Positions 1-8,131 of a stretch of DNA of 64,000 bases are shown one piece after another. The translations under genes were made by a program, and so were the position numbers. The notes below the pieces were generated by a model, which worked only from the letters and a program-made list of their open reading frames with translations, did no database searches and was not told the DNA's origin. Position 1 is the stretch's first letter, and the number at the start of each line of letters is the position of its first letter. The stretch comes from Candidatus Moraniibacteriota bacterium (GTDB lineage Bacteria; Patescibacteriota; Minisyncoccia; Moranbacterales; UBA1568), in the NCBI GenBank assembly GCA_037441965.1, contig JBBIRD010000003.1, positions 6,741-70,740 of the forward strand, read 5' to 3'.

Positions 1-1
1 A

Positions 2-808
2 TGGATTAGTTTTGGGCCGATTTCTTTTCAACCATCTGAAGTGATGAAACTTGCTATGATATTGTATCTTTCTGCTTGGCTTTCTGGGAAAGGAAAGAAA
101 CGCACCGCTGATTTTATCGAAGGATTTGTTCCATTTATTGCTATTTTGTCATTGGTTGGATTTCTGATTATCAAACAGCCAGATACTGGAACATTGGGAC
201 TTATTTTTCTTACATCACTTTCAATATTTTTTGCATCTGGGGCAAATATTCGTCATATTGGTTCATTGTTTCTTGCGGGACTTTTTGCTCTTTTTGTGTT
301 GATTAAAATAGCACCGTATCGTATGCAGAGATTTCTTGTTTTTATGAATCCTGAACACGATCCTCAAGGCTTTGGCTATCAGATGACACAAGCTCTTCTT
401 GCTATAGGATCAGGTGGATTTTTTGGTCTTGGTTTTGGTCAAAGTCGTCAGAAGTTCAACTATCTTCCAGAGCCAGTAACAGATTCTATCTTTGCAGTTC
501 TTGGAGAAGAGGCAGGTTTTTTTGGAGCGTTGATTGTTGTGTTTTTGTTCCTTCTTTTTGCATGGCGAGGATTGCGTGTCGCATCGTCTGCTCCTGATAT
601 GTTTGGTAAGTTGCTTGCTGTTGGTATTGTATCGTGGATTGTATTTCAAGCACTGATTAATATGTGTGCAATCAGTGGAATTATTCCTCTTACAGGCATC
701 CCACTTCCTTTTATTAGTTATGGAGGGACATCTCTTTCAGTTTTATTGGCATCGATTGGAATCTTGCTTAATATCTCTAAACATTCTACACTACATACAA
801 AGTTATAG
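2..808 (+). CDS. ftsW: FtsW/RodA SEDS-family peptidoglycan glycosyltransferase (5' truncated by window edge)
   Basis: Frame open from position 2 (WISFGPISFQPSE); QPDTGT, GSGG..GLG, LPEPVTDSIFAV.GEE and TGIPLPFISYGG motifs; directly upstream of murG. Confidence 0.93.
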   Translation, partial: WISFGPISFQPSEVMKLAMILYLSAWLSGKGKKRTADFIEGFVPFIAILSLVGFLIIKQPDTGTLGLIFLTSLSIFFASGANIRHIGSLFLAGLFALFVLIKIAPYRMQRFLVFMNPEHDPQGFGYQMTQALLAIGSGGFFGLGFGQSRQKFNYLPEPVTDSIFAVLGEEAGFFGALIVVFLFLLFAWRGLRVASSAPDMFGKLLAVGIVSWIVFQALINMCAISGIIPLTGIPLPFISYGGTSLSVLLASIGILLNISKHSTLHTKL

Positions 809-829
809 CTTTATTATTGTTATTTTTTT

Positions 830-1960
830 ATGTCTGATGTTACTCGTATTGTACTTACTGGAGGTATCTCAGGAGGGCACACCTTTCCTCTTGTTGCTGT
901 TTCGAGAGCGATTCGAAAACAAATTCCTGATAATAATGTTGAATTTCTTTTTATTGGTTCTCGTGGACACTTCGAAAGCACAGCAATGGCAGAAGAAGGT
1001 ATCGATGCACAGTATATTTTAACAGGTAAGTGGCGACGCTATTTCTCATTTCAGAATTTTATTGATCTTTTTCGTTTACCGATAGGATTTTTACAGGCTC
1101 TTGTAAAACTACTTGTATTTATGCCTGATGCTGTTTTTTCAAAAGGAGGATCTGCTTCTGTACCTGTTGTACTTGCCGCTTGGGTGTATCGTATTCCTGT
1201 ATTGATTCATGATTCTGATGCAGTGGCAGGTAAAGCCAATCAATTTCTCGCACGCTTTGCAACACGAATTGCTGTTGCGTATCCGAGTGCTCACAATTTT
1301 TTTCCTGCCGAAAAAACTGTTCTGACTGGCAATCCTATTCGTGAAGAAATTCTTCTGGGGGATCCGGGGCGTTTTGCGAAAGAATTTGGTTTGGAACTTG
1401 ATAAAATGGTTATTCTTGTTTTGGGAGGAAGTCAGGGCGCGCAGATATTGAATGAAGCATTACTCCGTATTTTACCGGGTTTACTCGAAAGAAATATTCA
1501 GGTAGTACATCAAACAGGAGAGAAACATTATGAAACAATCGTTGCATCCGTTGAGGCTTATGGACTCAAAATAGGAACGAGTGGTTATATACCGAGAGCT
1601 TTTCTTTCCGCAAGTGAGCTCGCTGATGTTTTGAAGGTAGCAACAATCGTGATTTCTCGTGCTGGAGCAGGATCCATTGCAGAGCTCTCTGCAACAAAAA
1701 AAGCATCAATCCTTGTACCACTTGCTTCTTCCGCAAATGATGAACAGCGTCTCAATGCGTATGATGTCGCAGAGATAGGCGGAGCACTTGTTTTGGAAGA
1801 AGGAAATCTTGGTCAGAATATGTTTTTAGAAAAGATTGATGAACTTCTTGCTCATCCTGATGTCCGTGCATCAATGGGGGAGAAATTGACTGCTTTCTAT
1901 CATCCTGATGCTGCGGATGTGTTGGCGTCAGGAATTATTGCTCTCACAAAAAATAAATAA
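830..1960 (+). CDS. murG: Undecaprenyl-PP-MurNAc-pentapeptide GlcNAc transferase MurG
   Basis: TGGISGGHTFP, GNPIR, GGSQGA, SRAGAGSIAE and EQRLNA motifs; dcw context. Confidence 0.96.
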   Translation: MSDVTRIVLTGGISGGHTFPLVAVSRAIRKQIPDNNVEFLFIGSRGHFESTAMAEEGIDAQYILTGKWRRYFSFQNFIDLFRLPIGFLQALVKLLVFMPDAVFSKGGSASVPVVLAAWVYRIPVLIHDSDAVAGKANQFLARFATRIAVAYPSAHNFFPAEKTVLTGNPIREEILLGDPGRFAKEFGLELDKMVILVLGGSQGAQILNEALLRILPGLLERNIQVVHQTGEKHYETIVASVEAYGLKIGTSGYIPRAFLSASELADVLKVATIVISRAGAGSIAELSATKKASILVPLASSANDEQRLNAYDVAEIGGALVLEEGNLGQNMFLEKIDELLAHPDVRASMGEKLTAFYHPDAADVLASGIIALTKNK

Positions 1961-2009
1961 AAATATTTTTTCTCTATTGTTTTTTATTTTTTATGATTGT
2001 TGATGTGTT

Positions 2010-3428
2010 ATGAATAGAGGACTTTTTCAAATGAGTAGGATTCATATGATTGGCATCAAAGGTGCTGGAATGACAGCACTTGCAGAGCTTCTTTCGAAAC
2101 GAGGTATATATATCACAGGATCAGATACTGATGAAGTTTTCTTCACTGATCGTATATTGAAGAAGATTGGCATTGTGTATGCGGAAAAATTTGATGTCAA
2201 TAATATTCCTGCAAAAGTCAGCGCAATTATTTATTCAACAGCCTATTCTCAAGAAAATAATATTGAACTTGCAGAGGCTTATAAAAGAAATGTGCCGATT
2301 TTTAGTTATCCTGAGGCACTTGGTATGCTTACACATGAGAAACTGACATTGGCCGTTTGTGGTACACACGGGAAAACAACGACGAGTGCACTTCTTGCCG
2401 ATACGCTCAGAAATACAGGATCGGATCCGTCAGCGATTGTTGGAAGTAGAATTATGAATTGGGAAGGAAATGCGCTTGTTGGAAATGGAGACTTTTTTGT
2501 ATTGGAAGCAGACGAATATCAAAATAAACTTGCAAAATATGAACCATTTGCTGTTATTCTAACGAGTGTTGATTTTGATCATCCTGATTTTTTTACAGAT
2601 CAAGATCAATATATGCAAGTTTTCAAAGATTTTGTGAAACGTATTCCTCATCACGGAGTATTGATTTATTGTAATGATCAAGCTTCGGTAGTGAATATTG
2701 CGAATGAAGCAGTCTGTCAGAAATTGTCTTATGGCTTTGTTTCTGGATCAGATTTTCAAATAACCCATTATGAAGCGAAGGAGATAACATCTTTGGTATC
2801 GAAAGATGGAATAAAACAAAGTTTTGATGTACTTTATGATGAACATTCTCTGGGTACATTTCAGTTGAAATTAGCGGGATTGCATAATGCTAAGAATGCT
2901 ACCGCCGTACTTGCATTGTGTACTTTTTTGAAACAGGACATTCATCAAATAAAGAAAGCATTTGAGAAATTTCAAGGAACGGAAAGACGCTTTGAATATA
3001 TTGGTGAACATTATGGCGCACTTGTTTATGATGATTATGCCCATCATCCAGAAGAAATAAAGGCTACTCTTCTCGCTTTTCGTGAACTTTATCCTCACCG
3101 AAGGATTCGTGTTGTTTTTCATCCGCATACATTTACTCGTACCAAGGCATTACTGACAGATTTTTCTCAGAGTTTTGATACTGCTGACGAAGTATATGTT
3201 CTTGATATCTATGGGAGTGCTCGTGAAGTGAAAGGTGGTGTGTCTTCTTCAGAATTAGTACAGCTTATCAATCGATTTGTTCCGGGAAAAGCAGTATATG
3301 AATCATCAGAAACGGCATTGTTGCAATTTTTTGAAGAAACAATGGGACGAAATGATCTCATTATCACTCTTGGTGCTGGTGATGTTTGGAAGATTTCTCA
3401 TTCTCTCGTGAAAAAAAATGAAAAATAA
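2010..3428 (+). CDS. murC: UDP-N-acetylmuramate--L-alanine ligase
   Basis: IGIKGAGM, GTHGKTTT, EADEY, DDYAHHP and GAGDV motifs. Confidence 0.96.
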   Translation: MNRGLFQMSRIHMIGIKGAGMTALAELLSKRGIYITGSDTDEVFFTDRILKKIGIVYAEKFDVNNIPAKVSAIIYSTAYSQENNIELAEAYKRNVPIFSYPEALGMLTHEKLTLAVCGTHGKTTTSALLADTLRNTGSDPSAIVGSRIMNWEGNALVGNGDFFVLEADEYQNKLAKYEPFAVILTSVDFDHPDFFTDQDQYMQVFKDFVKRIPHHGVLIYCNDQASVVNIANEAVCQKLSYGFVSGSDFQITHYEAKEITSLVSKDGIKQSFDVLYDEHSLGTFQLKLAGLHNAKNATAVLALCTFLKQDIHQIKKAFEKFQGTERRFEYIGEHYGALVYDDYAHHPEEIKATLLAFRELYPHRRIRVVFHPHTFTRTKALLTDFSQSFDTADEVYVLDIYGSAREVKGGVSSSELVQLINRFVPGKAVYESSETALLQFFEETMGRNDLIITLGAGDVWKISHSLVKKNEK

Positions 3429-3475
3429 GCTATAATAAAAGAAAGATACTTTTTTATTTCTTATTTTTTCTTCTT

Positions 3476-4408
3476 ATGTTTACTCTTCAGCGTAATGTTA
3501 ATCTTGCACCATTGTCTACTTTTCAGATTGGAGGCAAGGCGAGTTATTTTACGAGGGTTACTGGCGCTCTCGAACTTGCTTCAGCCATTGAATATGGCGA
3601 AAAAAATAATATACCAATATTCATTTTTAGTGGCGGAAGCAATGTACTCTTTTCTGATAAAGGTTTTTCAGGTCTTGTTATACAGATTATTGATGGTGGT
3701 ATAAAGATTGTACAGAAAAGAATATCGTGTGGAGCTGGAGTGAAACTCTTAGATGTCGTGACGATGGCTTGTGAGAATGGTCTAGCAGGAATAGAAAAAA
3801 TAGCAGGTATTCCAGGATCACTGGGTGGAGCTATTCGTGGAAACGCCGGAGCTTTTGGTACGGAAATTGGCAACGTTGTTCATTCTGTGAAGGCATACGC
3901 AAAAGATACTGGAATGCTCAAAGAATACACGAGAGCAATGTGTGAGTTTGGATATCGAACAAGTATTTTTAAAAAAAATTCAAATCTCATTATTATTTCT
4001 GCTGAACTTATTTTGCAAAATGGAGAGAAAGAAGCGTTGCAGAAGATTGCAAGTGATACAATCGATCTTCGTGAATCGAAACATTCACAGAAAGCAAAGT
4101 GTGCAGGGTCATTTTTTATGAACCCTGTAGTTTCGGATCCACATCTTTTTGCGGAATTTGAAAAAGATACTGGAAACATATCGAAGGACGAAAAACTTCC
4201 GGCAGGTTGGCTCATTGATCATGTTGGGCTTCGTGGTAAACAGATTGGTGGTGCAATGGTAAGTAAACAACATCCGAATTATCTAGTGAATACTGGTACA
4301 GCTACTTCTGAAGATGTTGTGATGCTTGCAAGTTTGATTAAGACGAGAGTGCGTGATGAGCTTGGTATTCGTTTGAGAGAAGAAGTGCAGTATGTTGGCA
4401 TAGAATAA
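3476..4408 (+). CDS. murB: UDP-N-acetylenolpyruvoylglucosamine reductase
   Basis: GGSNVL, GIPGSLGGAIRGNAGAFG, FGYRTS, AGSFFMNP and AGWLID motifs. Confidence 0.96.
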   Translation: MFTLQRNVNLAPLSTFQIGGKASYFTRVTGALELASAIEYGEKNNIPIFIFSGGSNVLFSDKGFSGLVIQIIDGGIKIVQKRISCGAGVKLLDVVTMACENGLAGIEKIAGIPGSLGGAIRGNAGAFGTEIGNVVHSVKAYAKDTGMLKEYTRAMCEFGYRTSIFKKNSNLIIISAELILQNGEKEALQKIASDTIDLRESKHSQKAKCAGSFFMNPVVSDPHLFAEFEKDTGNISKDEKLPAGWLIDHVGLRGKQIGGAMVSKQHPNYLVNTGTATSEDVVMLASLIKTRVRDELGIRLREEVQYVGIE

Positions 4409-4427
4409 ATTACATATATATAAGAAT

Positions 4428-4625
4428 ATGGACGAAGAATTAAGAACACAATTGAAAGCTCAAGATCAAAAACTCGAGAATATTTATATATCTGTTGAAA
4501 AAACACGAAAGTATTTTTTATGGACGATGATTGGAACTATAATTATGTTTGTTTTGCCTCTCCTTGGTCTCTTTTTTGCAATTCCTTTTTTGTTAGGCAC
4601 GCTTTCGACAGCATACGGTATTTAA
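4428..4625 (+). CDS. Small membrane protein (65 aa; N-terminal coiled coil, C-terminal TM helix)
   Basis: Clean ORF 19 nt after murB; charged N-terminal half and hydrophobic C-terminal half. Confidence 0.7.
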   Translation: MDEELRTQLKAQDQKLENIYISVEKTRKYFLWTMIGTIIMFVLPLLGLFFAIPFLLGTLSTAYGI

Positions 4626-4633
4626 TTGTGATA

Positions 4634-4642
4634 TGGTATAAT
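4634..4642 (+). promoter_or_regulatory. Extended -10 promoter (TGGTATAAT) for hpf
   Basis: TGn-TATAAT consensus about 30 nt upstream of the start codon. Confidence 0.55.
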
Positions 4643-4671
4643 GAGAGTATAATTTTCTAAGATATAATGTT

Positions 4672-5022
4672 ATGAATATGCGATTTCTGTTTAGAGGTAT
4701 TGAAATAGATAAGAAAACTCGCGATTATATTTTGAAACGAATTGTGAGGATTGAGAAACTTGTTGATAAGGCGACTCTTTTTGAAGTGGAAGTAGGTCAA
4801 GATAAAAAAGGAAAATTTCGCGTAGAAGTAATGGTGAAAACGCCAAGAGATCTCTATCGAGCCGAAGAAATCAGTGAGAGCATTGAAGGGTCAACAGATA
4901 TTGTTATTGATGAGCTCGAAGTTCAGATTGCAAAAAAGAAAACGAAAGCACACGATCTTAAATTACGAGGAAGTCGTTCCATTAAGAAGAAACTTGTTGT
5001 TGATACATCAGCGAGATTATAA
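4672..5022 (+). CDS. hpf: Ribosome hibernation factor (HPF/RaiA, S30AE family, short form)
   Basis: RDYILKRIVRIEKL...RVEVMV...RAEE...SIEGSTDIVIDELEVQIAKKK pattern and size. Confidence 0.8.
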   Translation: MNMRFLFRGIEIDKKTRDYILKRIVRIEKLVDKATLFEVEVGQDKKGKFRVEVMVKTPRDLYRAEEISESIEGSTDIVIDELEVQIAKKKTKAHDLKLRGSRSIKKKLVVDTSARL

Positions 5023-5044
5023 AGACAATGTTTTTATAGAGGTA

Positions 5045-5073
5045 AAAATGAGCTCTTTTATGAGCTTATTTTT
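5045..5073 (+). terminator. Putative intrinsic terminator after hpf
   Basis: aaaatgagctc / gagcttatttt inverted repeat followed by a T-run. Confidence 0.55.
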
Positions 5074-5142
5074 CTTTACGAGAGAGAGGATAAAGAGTAT
5101 CCTATAAAGGAAGTATTTTTTGAATATATTGTAATATTGTTT

Positions 5143-6351
5143 ATGATGAAAAATGAAACGCCAAATATTGTATGTCCAAATTGTGGCACCTCTATTTCTA
5201 TTGATGATGCACTGACACATCAGATCGAATCAAAACTTGCGAAAGAATATGTAGATAAAGAGAAAGAGTTACGCGATATTTTGATACGAGAAAATGAATC
5301 AGTTCTTGCCAAGAAAGAATTAATGTTGAGAAAACAGGTAAAAGAAAGTATTGAAAAAGAAACTTTATCAGAAAAGAAATTTCTTGAAGAACAATTGAGA
5401 GAATCGAGTGAAAAATTGCAAGTGGCTTATCAAAATGAATTGGAGCTTCGTAAAGAGAAGCAATTGTTAAAAGAAGAAAAGGAAACTTTTCAGCTTGAAA
5501 AAGAGCGTCAATTGGATAATGAAAGAAAAATGATTGAGGAAGAAGCGTCGAGGAGAGCTACAGAAGCTCAGCAGGCAAAAATCGATCAATTGAATAAGCA
5601 ACTTTCTGACGCAACGAAAGCTAAAGATGAATTAGCTCGTAAATTGGAACAGGGCTCTCAACAAACTCAGGGAGAAGTACAAGAAATGATACTTGAAGAA
5701 TTGTTGAAAACGGAATTTTTGTATGATGAGATTTTGCCTGTACCAAAAGGCGTCAACGGTGCCGATGTTTTACAGAAAGTTCGTACAAAAAACGGAGTTG
5801 ATTGCGGAATGATTATTTGGGAATCTAAGAAAACAAAAGCATGGACAGAAGGATGGATTCAAAAACTCAAAGATGATCAGCGTACAGTGAAGGCTGATGT
5901 TGCTGTTATCGTTACATCGGTGATGCCAGCTGGTACCACAGGTATTGTTTTGCGTGATGGTGTTTGGGTGTGTGATATCAGTCTGGCAATATCGATAGCA
6001 ACAGCACTTCATCATTCCTTGGAGTCTCTTTTTCGAGAAAAATCTCTTTCTGTCGGAAAGAATGAAAAAATGGAAATATTGTATAATTATCTGACAGGGA
6101 CTGAATTTAAACAACGCATAGAAACGATCGTGGAAACCTTTTCGATGATGAAAACTGCTCTCGATAAAGAACGAATATACTTTGAAAAATCATGGAATGA
6201 GAAAGAGAAACAAATTCAGAAAGTAATAAAAAATACGGTTGGTATTTATGGTGATTTAAGTGGTATCGTCGAATTGCAGAAAATTGACGCGCTTGAACTT
6301 CCTGATGTAGAACAGAGCGCTTCCTGCTATGATTCACAGAAATTGTTGTGA
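5143..6351 (+). CDS. DUF2130-like coiled-coil protein with C-terminal PD-(D/E)xK-like domain
   Basis: N-terminal CPNC, long coiled coil, GSQQTQGEVQE, GADVLQ...IIWESKKTKAW, WIQKLKDDQR. Confidence 0.8.
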   Translation: MMKNETPNIVCPNCGTSISIDDALTHQIESKLAKEYVDKEKELRDILIRENESVLAKKELMLRKQVKESIEKETLSEKKFLEEQLRESSEKLQVAYQNELELRKEKQLLKEEKETFQLEKERQLDNERKMIEEEASRRATEAQQAKIDQLNKQLSDATKAKDELARKLEQGSQQTQGEVQEMILEELLKTEFLYDEILPVPKGVNGADVLQKVRTKNGVDCGMIIWESKKTKAWTEGWIQKLKDDQRTVKADVAVIVTSVMPAGTTGIVLRDGVWVCDISLAISIATALHHSLESLFREKSLSVGKNEKMEILYNYLTGTEFKQRIETIVETFSMMKTALDKERIYFEKSWNEKEKQIQKVIKNTVGIYGDLSGIVELQKIDALELPDVEQSASCYDSQKLL

Positions 6352-6385
6352 TATAATACAGAGAGATATCATTAATATTTTTTAT

Positions 6386-6988
6386 ATGAAAAATGCCTCA
6401 ACTTTTTTAGGAAAGTTATTATTTTTTTATAGTATACTTTTTTTAGTTCTCGCGATACATCCCGTGGATCGAACGACATGGTTTGCGGAGAATCTGACAG
6501 TGTGGATTATTCTTGCTGTTATTATTGGCTTGTATTATGGTGGCATTCGTTTTTCGCGTCTGGCGTATGCTCTTATGTTTATACTGATTTATCTGCATAC
6601 TATTGGTGGACATTATACTTTCGCTTTGGTTCCTTTCGACTGGTTTAGTGATTTGTTTGGATTTTCTCGAAACCATTTCGATCGTATTGCTCATTTTTCT
6701 GTTGGATTTTATGCTTTTGCTATTGCAGAGTGGCTGTGGAGTAAGAAGTTGGTAGCGAACAAATTTCTTCTTTTTACTTATCCGGTTTTTGTTATTGCCA
6801 CGATCGCTATGAGTTATGAACTTGTTGAATGGATATATGCAGCACAATCAAATGCAGAAGATGCGATGGCATATCTTGGCAGTCAGGGTGATATTTGGGA
6901 CGCACAAAAAGATATGCTTGCGGATACACTAGGGGCAATCAGTGCTACTTTGTTATTCTTTTTTATTCGTAAACCCTCATTAAAATAA
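6386..6988 (+). CDS. DUF2238 / YjdF-family inner membrane protein
   Basis: HTIGGHYT, RNHFDRIAHF, YELVEW and LGSQGDIWDAQKDM motifs; start moved to the internal ATG. Confidence 0.85.
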   Translation: MKNASTFLGKLLFFYSILFLVLAIHPVDRTTWFAENLTVWIILAVIIGLYYGGIRFSRLAYALMFILIYLHTIGGHYTFALVPFDWFSDLFGFSRNHFDRIAHFSVGFYAFAIAEWLWSKKLVANKFLLFTYPVFVIATIAMSYELVEWIYAAQSNAEDAMAYLGSQGDIWDAQKDMLADTLGAISATLLFFFIRKPSLK

Positions 6989-6992
6989 ACAG

Positions 6993-7274
6993 ATGAGTAC
7001 TTCCAGTCTTTTATTGAGTCTTTTTATTTTTGTGAATAGTAGTGCATTCTTTACAATGTGGATAGATAAGTATCGTGCAAAGAAGAATAATAAAGAAAGG
7101 ATTTCTGAGGGTACACTATTTTTTCTTGCAGTTATGTTTGGGAGTATTGGAGTATACTTGGGAATGTTTGTCTTCAGGCACAAAAATCATAAGTGGCATT
7201 TTCTCCTTGGTATCCCAATGCTTATTCTTCAGAATAGTGCTATGTTATATGTGGTATATTTATTTTTTAAGTGA
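6993..7274 (+). CDS. DUF1294 family membrane protein
   Basis: DKYRAK...RISEGTL...GSIG...GMFVFRHK signature. Confidence 0.88.
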   Translation: MSTSSLLLSLFIFVNSSAFFTMWIDKYRAKKNNKERISEGTLFFLAVMFGSIGVYLGMFVFRHKNHKWHFLLGIPMLILQNSAMLYVVYLFFK

Positions 7275-7285
7275 TTGTAATTTCT

Positions 7286-8020
7286 ATGAATAAAGATAAT
7301 CTTATATTTCTTGATACCGAAACGACAGGTATGGGTAAAGAAGATAGAGTGTGTCAGGTTGCATATATGTATCGAGGAACAGAATATGAAGCACTCTTCA
7401 AACCACCTGTACCAATAACGATCGATGCTATGGTGGTGACGAATATCACGAATGAAATGGTAAAACATCGACCAGTATTCGAGGGCTCTATTATGGAGAG
7501 AGATTTGCAAGTATTGTTTTCCGAAGAGAATATCGTCGTAGCGCATAATGCACCTTTTGATATTGAGATGTTGAGACGCGAAGGATTGATTGCAAAAAAG
7601 AGTATTGATACCTTCAAGATTGCGTACTTCATTGACAAAGAAAATGTTGTTCCAAAAAAGAATTTGCAGTATCTTAGATATTACTATGATCTTGCTGTAG
7701 AGAATGCGCCCGCACATAGTGCTCTCGGTGATGTGAAAGTTTTGGAAAAGTTATTTGATTATTTCTTTATGAAAATGATGCACGAGAAAGGTGACGAAGG
7801 GAAAGTGATTGAAGAAATGATTGCTATCTCGAGTCGACCGATTCTCTATGATACATTTAACTTTGGGAAATATGTTGGGAGGAAAGTGAATGAGATATCA
7901 CTTGTCGATCAAGGATATATCGCATGGTTGCTCAATCAGAAAATTATGACAAGAGAAAGCGGTGGAGAGAATGATGAGAATTGGATTTATACCTTGGATC
8001 ACTATCTTGCTCGTTCATAG
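7286..8020 (+). CDS. DEDDh 3'-5' exonuclease (DnaQ/ExoX-like) with C-terminal FGKY domain
   Basis: FLDTETTG, VAHNAPFD, AHSALGDV; C-terminal FNFGKYVG...GYIAWLL. Confidence 0.88.
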   Translation: MNKDNLIFLDTETTGMGKEDRVCQVAYMYRGTEYEALFKPPVPITIDAMVVTNITNEMVKHRPVFEGSIMERDLQVLFSEENIVVAHNAPFDIEMLRREGLIAKKSIDTFKIAYFIDKENVVPKKNLQYLRYYYDLAVENAPAHSALGDVKVLEKLFDYFFMKMMHEKGDEGKVIEEMIAISSRPILYDTFNFGKYVGRKVNEISLVDQGYIAWLLNQKIMTRESGGENDENWIYTLDHYLARS

Positions 8021-8131
8021 AGCATACTTTTTTCTTTTTCATTGGTTGTATTTTTTAGGTTTCTTTTTGACGAGAATGTATTTTTCTGTTACACTATGTA
8101 AGTGTATTTTCCCTTTTTAAAGCCATATATT

